Part shown: positions 20,278-29,504 of the stretch, piece by piece
Layout: each line of letters begins with the position of its first letter
Position numbering within the stretch: position 1 is the stretch's first letter
Source of the DNA: Acidobacteriota bacterium
GTDB taxonomy: Bacteria; Acidobacteriota; Blastocatellia; UBA7656
Direction of reading: 5' to 3'
Length of the DNA: 64,000 bases
Assembly: GCA_016201275.1 (NCBI GenBank)
Contig: JACQDB010000020.1
Coordinates: 1,443-65,442, forward strand
The notes under the pieces: model-generated
Databases searched by the model: none
The model's input: the letters and a program-made list of their open reading frames with translations, nothing else
Told to the model about the DNA's origin: nothing
Position numbers and translations under genes: made by a program

Positions 20278-22203
20278 TTATCGGGACAACAACGTGCCTA
20301 CATAAGTCAGCAATTCATTGGCGCAAACGGTGCAATAGCCATGCTCACTGACTAGCCGATCAATGACATCGTTGATGCGGCGTTTCTGGTCAGTGTCCGG
20401 CGTCTTCGATGACGTGGTAATCTTCACCACATCCTTGAGGTCTGAGAAAATCTTCTTCTCGATAGCCTCTTTCAAGCGTTCGTGCGACTGATACTCGAAG
20501 GGCTTACCTTTCCGCGCATAAGTCGAAATGCGTATGAGAATTTCCTGGCGGAACGTATTCTTAGCGTTTTCGCTGATGCCGATCTGCTCTTCGATGGAAC
20601 GCATTAATTTTTCATCCGGCTCCATCTCTTCTTCGGTAATCGGGTCTTTGATTTTTTCCTTGTTGCAGTAAGCTTCGACGTTATCGAGATAGTTATTGCA
20701 GATGCCTTTGGCCATCTCTTCAAACGAATATACGAAAGCGCGTTGGACTTCTTTCTTGGCCACTTCGTCATATTCACGCCGCGCCGCCGAAACCAGATTC
20801 AAATAGGTTTCGCGCTGTTCGGAACTGATGCCAGTGTGTTGCTCAAAGCCGTCTTTAATGGCGCGCAAGGCATCAATCGGGTTGATGCAGGTGATGTTAT
20901 CTTTGACCAGCGCCCCTGAAAGCCTGTTGATAATGTAGCGTGGGCTGATGCCATCCATGCCTTCGCGCACTGTCTCTTCCTGCATCTCGCGCACGTCTTT
21001 CAGTTTGAAGCCCTCGACATCTTCGCCGTCATACAGTTTCATCTTTTTGACGATGTCGATGTTGGCTTTCTTCGGCACTTCCAAACGCGTCATCACGGCA
21101 AACATCGCGGCAATCTTCAAGGTGTTGGGCGCGATGTGAATATTCCGCAAGGCTTCGGATTGCTTGAGCAGTTTGTCGTAAATGCGTTCTTCCTGCGTGA
21201 CCTTGAGGTTGTAAGGAACCTTGACCAGAATGATGCGGTCTTGCAGGGCTTCGCTCTTGCGATTGGCCGCAAACGAGTTGTATTCGTTTTCGTTGGTGTG
21301 CGACAAAATCACTTCATCGGCATAAATCATGGCAAAGCGCCCGGTCTTGATATTCTGCTCCTGACTCAAGGTCAACAAACTGTAGAGGAACTTCTCGTCG
21401 CACTTTAACATTTCTATGAATTCCATCAAGCCGCGATTGGCGATGTTCAATTCGCCGTCAAAGCGATAGGCGCGAGGGTCGGACTCAACACCGACTTCAC
21501 CGATGGTGGAAAGATCAATCGAGCCGGTCAATTCGGTGATGTCCTGGGATTTTGGATCCGAGGGCGTGAAGGTGCCTATGCCTATGCGTTCCTTTTCGGA
21601 GAAGATGAGGCGATGCACCAGCACATCTTCGTGGCGACCTTTATAAACGTGTTCGAGATTATAACGGCATTGCGGACAGAGTTCGCCTTCGATATAAAGC
21701 CCGTAATGTTTGGCAATTTCGGGGCGCAATTCGGGCGGAATCAAGTGCAGCGGCTCCTCGTGCATAGGGCAATCTTTAATCGAATAGACTGCGCCTTTAT
21801 CGCTACGGCTATAGGCTTCCAAGCCGCGTTTCAAGAGCGTCACGATAGTGGATTTGCCGCCGCCGACCGGCCCCATCAAAAGCAATATGCGCTTGCGAAC
21901 CTCTAAGCGTTGGGCTGCGGATTTGAAGTATTCGACGATGCGAGCGATGGGCGATTCAATGCCATATAACTCATCGCTGAAAAAATTGAAGCGGGTGATT
22001 TCATCGCGGGAGCCTTCGTTGATCTTTTCGACTCCGGCATCCAAAATCATTTCGCAGATGCGCGCATGAGAAAGTTTGGCAAGATTCGGGTGTTGCGAGA
22101 CCAACTCGAAATAATCCCGGAATGTGCCTTCCCAAGCCAGTCGTTCACGGTCACGACGATGTGCTTCTAACAGTTCGCTGAGATTCATTTTGTCTTCGCC
22201 CAT
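20278..22203 (-). CDS. prkA: PrkA/YeaG AAA-type serine protein kinase
   Basis: GPVGGGKS Walker A, ESDPRAY.FDGELNIANRG, NEY, EALQDR, GISPRY. Confidence 0.95.
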   Translation of the reverse strand: MGEDKMNLSELLEAHRRDRERLAWEGTFRDYFELVSQHPNLAKLSHARICEMILDAGVEKINEGSRDEITRFNFFSDELYGIESPIARIVEYFKSAAQRLEVRKRILLLMGPVGGGKSTIVTLLKRGLEAYSRSDKGAVYSIKDCPMHEEPLHLIPPELRPEIAKHYGLYIEGELCPQCRYNLEHVYKGRHEDVLVHRLIFSEKERIGIGTFTPSDPKSQDITELTGSIDLSTIGEVGVESDPRAYRFDGELNIANRGLMEFIEMLKCDEKFLYSLLTLSQEQNIKTGRFAMIYADEVILSHTNENEYNSFAANRKSEALQDRIILVKVPYNLKVTQEERIYDKLLKQSEALRNIHIAPNTLKIAAMFAVMTRLEVPKKANIDIVKKMKLYDGEDVEGFKLKDVREMQEETVREGMDGISPRYIINRLSGALVKDNITCINPIDALRAIKDGFEQHTGISSEQRETYLNLVSAARREYDEVAKKEVQRAFVYSFEEMAKGICNNYLDNVEAYCNKEKIKDPITEEEMEPDEKLMRSIEEQIGISENAKNTFRQEILIRISTYARKGKPFEYQSHERLKEAIEKKIFSDLKDVVKITTSSKTPDTDQKRRINDVIDRLVSEHGYCTVCANELLTYVGTLLSR

Positions 22204-22368
22204 CTTACACCTCCGATGCCCACTGCGCGTGGGGTTCGAAACCGAAACTACACGGGGCTATGGATCGTAACGGCTTCAACAGTTACCTACCCAGAAGAAG
22301 TTGGATTGGATTCTTCGTTCCACCATTCCATCGTTGCTGCCAGAATTATAGCACGGTACGCAAGCGCC

Positions 22369-23343
22369 TCAATTCTTTGGCGATACAAAAACCGTTTTCG
22401 GCTTGATTACTCTTAACTCGGTGTCCCACTCGCCCAACGCTACCAGTTCGCCTGCCACATTGCACAAGCCAATGATTGCCGAAGCCTTGCCCCCACCACT
22501 AATAGTAGCCTCGGCCAATTCCGGTTCGTGCCAGCGCACCTCTCGACCATTTGCCAACCGATTCACCTGCTCGGTTGGCAGCGTCAATCGTGGCAAATGC
22601 GAAATCGTATCGGCCAAACTGATCAGATGCTCGCCTAACGCCCCGGCGGATTGTTGCTCTTCCACTGCCTGTAAACGCAAGGACTCTGCCAGGGTAAACC
22701 TGCCAACAGCGGTTCGCTGTAAAGCGGACAGATGCGCGCCGATTCCTAGCTGTGCGCCTATGTCATGCGCCAGCGTGCGAATGTACGTCCCCGATGAACA
22801 ACGCACACGCATCACGAAATCCATCGTGCCGTCCTCGTTCACCTTGCCGGTTCCGTCATTCAACAAGGCAAGCGAATGAATGGTAATGCCTACAGGCTGG
22901 CGCTCGATTTCGCGTCCGGCACGCGCCGCCTGATGCAGGCGCTGGCCATCAATTTTTTTCGCTGAAAACATGGGAGGCAGTTGCAACTGCTCACCTCGGA
23001 ACTCATTCAACACCGGCTCAAGGGTGGCGGCAGTCACACCCATTGGTGACACCAAAGGCGAAATTGGTTTGCCGGTGTAATCCTGCGTATCGGTGGCAAA
23101 ACCCAAACGCACAGTGGCGATATACTCCTTCTCTAAACCGACCAGGTATTGCACCAGTCTGGTCGCCGCGCCTACGCAGACGACGAGGACGCCGGTAGCG
23201 AAAGGGTCCAAGGTTCCGGCGTGACCGATTCGACGCTCGCCCAGTATGCGGCGCAATTTCGCCACGACATCATGCGAGGTCCAGTCTTCCGACTTGTTGA
23301 GGATCAAAGTTCCGTTGAGCGTTGGTTTGATTGCGGCTGCCAT
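22369..23343 (-). CDS. truB: tRNA pseudouridine(55) synthase
   Basis: TSHDVV, GHAGTLDPFATG, PPMFSAKK, CSSGTYIRTL. Confidence 0.96.
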   Translation of the reverse strand: MAAAIKPTLNGTLILNKSEDWTSHDVVAKLRRILGERRIGHAGTLDPFATGVLVVCVGAATRLVQYLVGLEKEYIATVRLGFATDTQDYTGKPISPLVSPMGVTAATLEPVLNEFRGEQLQLPPMFSAKKIDGQRLHQAARAGREIERQPVGITIHSLALLNDGTGKVNEDGTMDFVMRVRCSSGTYIRTLAHDIGAQLGIGAHLSALQRTAVGRFTLAESLRLQAVEEQQSAGALGEHLISLADTISHLPRLTLPTEQVNRLANGREVRWHEPELAEATISGGGKASAIIGLCNVAGELVALGEWDTELRVIKPKTVFVSPKN

Positions 23344-23453
23344 TCCGCATGATTGTACGCTACCTTTGCGGTTCCCGCACAACTTTCGCTGGCAGTCCAA
23401 CTCGCCACCAAACGCCCCATCGGCAGAGCGGCGTGAAAAGTTTTTCGCGTTGC

Positions 23454-24233
23454 TTATTTCGGTGCTATCGGAATATCTTTTTGCGTGGTGATGGGCGCGC
23501 CTTCCTGTTCCAGCGGCGCGACGAAATTAAAGAGGCGCAGCGCCAGCTTGCCTTTTTTTCCAAGCCTCGGATCAAATTCGTAAGCGGTCACCGAACAGTT
23601 GGCGATTTCATGGGTCCGATCCATTTCCATAATCTCTTCTTCGGTCAAATGCTCAAGCAGATAGCGAAAGCAATTGACGATGACTTGATGCGCGACAATC
23701 AAAACGCGCTCGCGGCGATGTTCGCGGCTGATCGTGTCCATCAAGCTGCGAAGCCGCAAGAGGACATCGCACCAGCTTTCGCCGCCCGGCGGACGATAAT
23801 AAAATTTACCCAACACGGTTCGCGCTTCAGCCTGCTCAGGATACAGTTGCTGAACCCCGGTCTTGGTTATCCGGTCAAAGATGCCAAACTCTTTTTCGCG
23901 CAGTCGCTCATCTACAATCAAGGCGAAATCGTCATCCTTCATAGCGGCGTTTTGCAGCACGATTTGCGCCGTATCGCGCGCCCGTTTATACGGTGAGACG
24001 AAAACCACCGACGGCCTCTCGACCTCCTGGAGCCGGCCAAACCAACGCCCCAAGGCCGCTGCCTGCTGTTTGCCCAACGCCGACAACGGCACTTCAACTT
24101 CGCGTTGTGGCAATTCGATAAATGATGTGCCGGTTTGTTCGGCTTCCCTGCGCGCCACGTTGCCTGCACTCTCGCCGTGCCGCACAATCCACATTACATC
24201 CGGCCATTTTTGGGTTTTTTCAAATTGAGTCAT
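23454..24233 (-). CDS. Histidine phosphatase (phosphoglycerate mutase family)
   Basis: RHGES, SPYKRARDTA, LREKEFG, GGES, VAH. Confidence 0.92.
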   Translation of the reverse strand: MTQFEKTQKWPDVMWIVRHGESAGNVARREAEQTGTSFIELPQREVEVPLSALGKQQAAALGRWFGRLQEVERPSVVFVSPYKRARDTAQIVLQNAAMKDDDFALIVDERLREKEFGIFDRITKTGVQQLYPEQAEARTVLGKFYYRPPGGESWCDVLLRLRSLMDTISREHRRERVLIVAHQVIVNCFRYLLEHLTEEEIMEMDRTHEIANCSVTAYEFDPRLGKKGKLALRLFNFVAPLEQEGAPITTQKDIPIAPK

Positions 24234-24447
24234 ACGCTCTCTGTCCCCAATTATTGATGCTGTAAATAGTTTGTGCGAAGAGTTCAGATAGGCGCGATCC
24301 GTCTCAAAACAATCTTCGCTGAACCTCTATGCAGCACGCACGAAAGCTTTACAGTAGCAAAATATTGGGTTGGTGATGAAAGTTTTTTTATGAGTTGATA
24401 ATCCTTGTGAGCGTTTTCCCTTGCCGTTGTGGCGCGCTACGCCATGC

Positions 24448-25686
24448 TCAAATAATCAAGATCGAGGGAACTTCTTCGAGATGGTAAAGCCGCAGATAAA
24501 AATAGCCGATGCCACTTAGTCCCAGCATCAAGTTTGGAGTTTCGCCAGCGCCAGGAACGCCGCACGGCCACGGCAAATCATTTTTTCGATACTGTTCAAT
24601 GCCGAAATCCCCCAGCCGCTCGACGGTCTCCAACGCTTCAGGATATTGCCAAAGGCGGTGCGCGTAAAGCAGTAACTCGGCATTGCCCGTATGTCCATGA
24701 CACAACGAAAAATTGGCTTGGCTGAAATAACTTGAATTCGCCAGCGTCTTGGTGGTCGAGCGAAGGGCGGCTTCGGCTTCCTGGCGATAGCCTTCGTCAC
24801 CGGTCAATTCCCAAGCGCGCAATCGCGCCAAGCCTATGCCGGGAGCGCCGTGACACCAGGCCATTGAATAGCTCAACTCCGCATTGGCGTTAGGCATCGC
24901 TTCGCCAAAGGTACGAAAGTCAGGCCAGTTGTCCTGTTCAGCACTGAACCAATGCTGTTCATAACGGCAAGCTTGGGTGGCGGCAACTTGAAATTTCTCT
25001 TCTCCGGTGACGCCATAGAGTTCCAAAAACGCCCAGCCAATGCCCGCCGTGCCATGAGAAAACCCGGTTAGATTACGCGGCGTATTCAGGGTATTCCAAG
25101 ACCAGCCTTCATCGCTCTTCAGGGCGGTGTCAAGCAAATGATTGCCGTGTCGAATGGCCAACTCAACAAGAAAATCTTGCGGCTGTTTTTGATGAAGATA
25201 GAGCAAAGCGGGAATCGCGCCAGCGCTGCCGGAGATAACATCCAAGCCTTGCTGCATCGGATCATCTTTACTCAACTCTTCGGCGAGGCGCAGCGCCTGT
25301 TCAATTAAATATTGACTAGCAAATATTTCAGCAAGCTGAACCAAGCTATAGGCAATGCCGCTCCACCCCGAATAAAAACCGCTGCGCGCCGCTGGCGACA
25401 GTTGCTCGCAACGTGACAACGCCTGCGCGATCCCGCCTTCCGCCGTCAAGCGGTGAATTTTGTCATGGGTGAATTTATACAGGTGCGCGAGAAACAAAGC
25501 GATGCCGGCGGTGCCACTGTAGAGGTCCGCGCCATAAGCGCGATGCACCGCCATCCAGGCATTGTCGGTAAACTCCATCGAAGGCCCCAGCCAATTGCAC
25601 CGCTGCTCGTGCCATACCGCATCGCGGCACACTTTGGCACCGATAAAAGTTGCAGTTTCAAGAAAGGCTTCCTTGGTGTGATTCAT
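24448..25686 (-). CDS. LanC-type lanthionine cyclase
   Basis: LYSGTAGI, GFSHGTAG (catalytic His), WCHG and LCHG zinc ligands, LMLGLSGIG. Confidence 0.92.
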   Translation of the reverse strand: MNHTKEAFLETATFIGAKVCRDAVWHEQRCNWLGPSMEFTDNAWMAVHRAYGADLYSGTAGIALFLAHLYKFTHDKIHRLTAEGGIAQALSRCEQLSPAARSGFYSGWSGIAYSLVQLAEIFASQYLIEQALRLAEELSKDDPMQQGLDVISGSAGAIPALLYLHQKQPQDFLVELAIRHGNHLLDTALKSDEGWSWNTLNTPRNLTGFSHGTAGIGWAFLELYGVTGEEKFQVAATQACRYEQHWFSAEQDNWPDFRTFGEAMPNANAELSYSMAWCHGAPGIGLARLRAWELTGDEGYRQEAEAALRSTTKTLANSSYFSQANFSLCHGHTGNAELLLYAHRLWQYPEALETVERLGDFGIEQYRKNDLPWPCGVPGAGETPNLMLGLSGIGYFYLRLYHLEEVPSILII

Positions 25687-26714
25687 AGTTGGTCAATTCG
25701 CGATTCCGGGAAATCAAAATAATCTTGGGAGCCAGGATTCAAGTACGGATGGTCTAGCGACAAGCCGTGATGAGCAAATTGGGCGCGGACTTCCTGCAAG
25801 CGTTTGACCTCTGGAAGCACGCCTTTTTCATACGCCTGCCACACGCCTTCGGCAAAAATGCGGCACCGATGCTGCCCAAAACTTTCCCCGTTGCCGGGCT
25901 CTTCGGCAAGTCCCAGTCCGTAAGCTAAGCGTTTCGTAAACAGCGGCGTGTCCGTGCCTAGATAGTCTTTAATCAAGGGGTGAAGGTCGGCTAGCAAGGC
26001 GACGGTGATTTTATAAAAGCGCTTGCCCACGTACAGAACAGCGGCATCCGAGCGTTGAAAAAATGAGCGATTGGTCAAGGTCTTGAAGCGAAACGGTATC
26101 TGAAAGCGATTGAGTTCCTGCGTGATGAAGCGTACTAACTTGGCAGCCCCAGCCTGCTTGATATGCCAATAAAATCGCACGATTTGATAATCATCCTGTT
26201 GATCGGGAATGGATTCACTGAAGGCAAAATAGAAGCCCGGCTGCATGGTCTGCGATTCTTTCGGCGCGAATAAACTGATGTTAGCGCCTTCACGCGGCGG
26301 CACTCCCGGCCCTTCGTGAGAGACAAACTCCCCCGGCCACAACAATCGGGTGCGCCCGTTTTTGTGCGCGACAATTTGACCGGATGGCAGCAAACGAAAA
26401 GTTTGCCAACCGGCGTCCCAATGCTCGCGGCTCATATTGGAAGCCGCGAGTTCACCCAATAGATTATCATCAGCGGTTTGCTCCGACGGCTGCATCGGCT
26501 GCACCTCGCCGGTGAATTTTCTACAATAGCAATGCTGATAGAGTTGCTGTGCCAGTTGCGCGACCAAGGGATTCGGGGCGGGGAAAATCGGCAACTGCGT
26601 CATCGTCCGTTCCGATGCCGAGAAGGTTTCACCCGCCAATGAGAAAGTAGTTGCGGAAAGAATCTTTATGGCGCGCAAAATTTTCACATACTGTTTTTGG
26701 GCTACATCTTTCAT
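25683..26714 (-). CDS. HopA1-domain protein, LanY-like phosphoSer/Thr lyase
   Basis: RFYWH, PFRFK, RSDAAVLYV, PLFTK.L..GLGLAEEP, SFGQHRC; overlaps the lanC start. Confidence 0.85.
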   Translation of the reverse strand: MKDVAQKQYVKILRAIKILSATTFSLAGETFSASERTMTQLPIFPAPNPLVAQLAQQLYQHCYCRKFTGEVQPMQPSEQTADDNLLGELAASNMSREHWDAGWQTFRLLPSGQIVAHKNGRTRLLWPGEFVSHEGPGVPPREGANISLFAPKESQTMQPGFYFAFSESIPDQQDDYQIVRFYWHIKQAGAAKLVRFITQELNRFQIPFRFKTLTNRSFFQRSDAAVLYVGKRFYKITVALLADLHPLIKDYLGTDTPLFTKRLAYGLGLAEEPGNGESFGQHRCRIFAEGVWQAYEKGVLPEVKRLQEVRAQFAHHGLSLDHPYLNPGSQDYFDFPESRIDQL

Positions 26715-26730
26715 AAGTCGTAGGTCGCTT

Positions 26731-27831
26731 TCACATCTCCAATAAATCACTGATGGCTTCTTGCGGACTCTTCAAAATGTTCATGCTCACTTGCAACATA
26801 TAGAGAACCGGAAGAGTGATATGCGGTGAATACTGCAAATACTCGTAGGCCGTTTGAATCATGCGCGCCGCGCCAAATTTCACGCAGCGTTCCAGCAAGT
26901 TGCGCCTTTGCTCGACAGCAATCTGCCGGGTCTCTATATAGGTTTTCCAAAAGGCATGAATCGCCGGTAACATCGCTTCAAGGGGAAACTGCGCCATCTC
27001 GATGAGTTGTGCAGGCGCGGCGCGTGTCTCCATAGGAATAGACATGATCCAAAAGGCCAGATAGGCTTGAAGAATCGCGCCGACATCCCAACACGCATCG
27101 CCAATGTCAGCGAGTTCCCAATCCACCACCTTAAAATCCAAATCCGCCGCGCCCTGCTGACCGGCAAAGACCATGCAATTATCCCATTTCATGTCCCCGT
27201 GAATGAGGCTGTCAAATTGCCATTGGTCGCGTATATCATCAAGCGCCTGATGAAACTCAGGATATTTTTGCACGATGTTCAGGAGCTCCGAATTGCCCGC
27301 GCTCAGAGCATTGAACAACTGTGCGCGTTGTTGGTTGGCAGACAAAATCCAGGGAACCTGTTTGGGAAAGACTGAATTTTGCACCGCGTCATTGAGGCTG
27401 GAGATCGTCTGATGATGATAGGTTCCTAACGCTTGACCCAGTTTCTCGGCAATGGCGACCGGAAACTTGCCCAGCCGACGTTGATGCTCCGACAGGTTTT
27501 CGCCTTCCTGCAACAACTCCGTCACCAGTATGTGGCGCGCTGAATCATAAAGAAAATACTTGGGCATCAGCGCCGCCAGAGGAGCAAGCTCGGCCTCCTG
27601 TTGCGCCAGTTGGTAACAGGTCGCCTCGCGTTGCAAGGTCGCAATCGCCAGCGGCTCCCAGTTCTGAATCTGCTTGAGAAAAAAACTTTGCTGCTGATGG
27701 CGAATGATTTTGAAATTGCGGTTGCGCCGCGTCACCTCGACAATCATTAGATCACCATCCACAACGGATTGAGTAGAAACGAGTCCTTTATCAATCAGGT
27801 AGTAGGAGAGGTTGGCAGGTGTAATCATCAT
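26731..27831 (-). CDS. APH-family phosphotransferase, LanK-like Ser/Thr kinase
   Basis: RRNRNF, FLKQ, RE, LIHGDMKWDN, VDWE, GDACWDVG. Confidence 0.88.
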   Translation of the reverse strand: MMITPANLSYYLIDKGLVSTQSVVDGDLMIVEVTRRNRNFKIIRHQQQSFFLKQIQNWEPLAIATLQREATCYQLAQQEAELAPLAALMPKYFLYDSARHILVTELLQEGENLSEHQRRLGKFPVAIAEKLGQALGTYHHQTISSLNDAVQNSVFPKQVPWILSANQQRAQLFNALSAGNSELLNIVQKYPEFHQALDDIRDQWQFDSLIHGDMKWDNCMVFAGQQGAADLDFKVVDWELADIGDACWDVGAILQAYLAFWIMSIPMETRAAPAQLIEMAQFPLEAMLPAIHAFWKTYIETRQIAVEQRRNLLERCVKFGAARMIQTAYEYLQYSPHITLPVLYMLQVSMNILKSPQEAISDLLEM

Positions 27832-27931
27832 ATTGTTGTTTAACAAAAATAATGCAGTAAGACAAATCCTGAAGCCTGAAGGTTCGCCATCGCAGCCGCG
27901 CCAAGACGGCAACTCTTTCTCCGCTAGGGTT

Positions 27932-27972
27932 GGAGTAAGTCTCATCGTCAGATGGGCGACAAGACTTACTCC
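27932..27972. other. Intergenic hairpin between substrate gene and modifying enzymes
   Basis: 11-bp inverted repeat GGAGTAAGTCT...AGACTTACTCC; no U-tract. Confidence 0.55.
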
Positions 27973-27998
27973 TGGAACCGTCAGTCGTGGGCGCTGAC

Positions 27999-29051
27999 TT
28001 ATTGATTAATGGGACCTCCTCCCGGTCCGCAAGCCAACGTCACGCCGCAAGCTATGCTTTGCGGGCCGCAAGCCAAACCGGTCGGGCAGGCAACGCCGCC
28101 GGAAACCGGAGGACAATGCACCCCTGGCAACGTCGGACAGTGCGCCGTCTGCAAGTTACAGATTATGGGGTTGGTCGGATGACAAATAATCTGATGCGAC
28201 GGACACACCGGGGTCGGACACGCCGGAGTCGGTGGATGACACACAGGAGGATGTGTGCATAAAGGCGTCGGACAGCCATGCACAGGCGTCAGTGGCGGAC
28301 AGCATAGCGAAGGCGCTACATGAGTTGGGCAACACAGCGTCGGCCCAGTCGGACAGCCAAGTAGTGGCGTATGCGGCGGACAACCGTGCAACGGCGTATG
28401 CGGCGGACAACCATGCAAGGGGGTAAACGGCGGACAGCCATGGAATGGCGTAAATGGCGGACAGCCAAACTGTGGCGTATGCGGCGGACAGCCATGCAAG
28501 GGTGTGAATGGCGGACACAGCACCGGCGGAGTGGGACAGCCGTGGAATGGTGTATGCAGACAACCCGGAGGTAAGGTTACCGGCGGACAGCCATGCAATG
28601 GACTCGGAGGCGGACATTCAATTTGTGAAACGCAAATATGCCCTACCGATGGGCAATGCGCGGGTTGCGTCGGACACAAGATAGTTGGGGGTGGAATCGG
28701 CGCAGCCGCTGCCTGTGCCGCCGCCTGGGCAATCGGCCCTTCAAAAAATTTGGCCTTGGTGCGCTGTGGTCCAGCCTTGCCGTGAATGACTTCAGCATCT
28801 TGCTTAATCCACACAAAGCTTTCCCCAAGAGGTGACTGTTCTTTGGGTACGTCTTCTTCATGAAGAATCGCATCATCGGGAATCTCTACGTAGCTGCTGA
28901 GGGTGGCGTCGAAATACAACCGCGTATGTTCCGCTTCTGATGATTCGCCCAGATACCCTCGCAACAACAACGTATCGGGAGGAGAATCGGGATTCTTCAC
29001 AATCTTAGAGACGAAATTTTCCTTTCGTGGTTTTGTTTTACGATCTGCCAT
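27999..29051 (-). CDS. Putative giant RiPP precursor: 122-aa Cys-free N-domain plus 228-aa Pro/Cys/Thr/His-rich core
   Basis: AGGAGA RBS before ATG 29051; core has 31 Cys and 31 Ser/Thr in matched order; directly upstream of kinase, lyase and cyclase genes. Confidence 0.85.
   Translation of the reverse strand: MADRKTKPRKENFVSKIVKNPDSPPDTLLLRGYLGESSEAEHTRLYFDATLSSYVEIPDDAILHEEDVPKEQSPLGESFVWIKQDAEVIHGKAGPQRTKAKFFEGPIAQAAAQAAAAPIPPPTILCPTQPAHCPSVGHICVSQIECPPPSPLHGCPPVTLPPGCLHTPFHGCPTPPVLCPPFTPLHGCPPHTPQFGCPPFTPFHGCPPFTPLHGCPPHTPLHGCPPHTPLLGCPTGPTLCCPTHVAPSLCCPPLTPVHGCPTPLCTHPPVCHPPTPACPTPVCPSHQIICHPTNPIICNLQTAHCPTLPGVHCPPVSGGVACPTGLACGPQSIACGVTLACGPGGGPINQ
28356..28517 (-). repeat. 27-bp x6 coding tandem repeat, CPP(F/H)TPxxG
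   Basis: CPPFTPLHG CPPHTPQFG CPPFTPFHG CPPFTPLHG CPPHTPLHG CPPHTPLLG. Confidence 0.95.
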
Positions 29052-29240
29052 ATGCAATCTCCTATACAACAACCCCGTTGCTCACGGGGGTGGGGGTAAG
29101 CGAGAGAAAGTTGTAGATAACTTGGTCTCGGCGCTCACATTGGTTATTGGTAATGACTGAGTGAGGAAAGAGCCGTATTCCACTTTGTAGAATACTTGGA
29201 ATCTCACAGTGTAGTGAGACCTCAGTCATAAAGCGGTCAG

Positions 29241-29269
29241 ATATTATAAACCCTTAAATCAAATGTCAA
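29241..29269 (-). promoter_or_regulatory. Near-consensus sigma70 promoter for the RiPP operon
   Basis: TTGACA-N17-TAATAT (overlapping TATAAT at N15), about 190 bp upstream of the ATG. Confidence 0.6.
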
Positions 29270-29504
29270 CCAATACAGGTAAAAACATCCGGCAAAATTA
29301 ATCAATCTTTCTGAAGAGGAAATAACAACAGGCCGCATAGCTAAAAAGTAAGTTCACCTATCAACCTATCTGCCGACCTATATTCCTTTTTGGCTATACA
29401 TAGAAATAGCGAAGGTTTGGCAAAGTTCAATTGCCCAAAACCACAAGCGTCAAGTTCATTTTACCGGCGCGGCGTAACTCGCAGTTTGTTGTATAGGGCA
29501 AGCT

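Noticed and set aside
25683-26714. HopA1 protein as a type III secretion effector
   Set aside because: No T3SS genes; it is coupled between a kinase and LanC, the lyase context.
28156-28785. Alternative-frame repetitive ORFs over the precursor
   Set aside because: By-products of the 27-bp repeat; only the Cys/Thr frame has an RBS, an N-domain and a coherent pattern.
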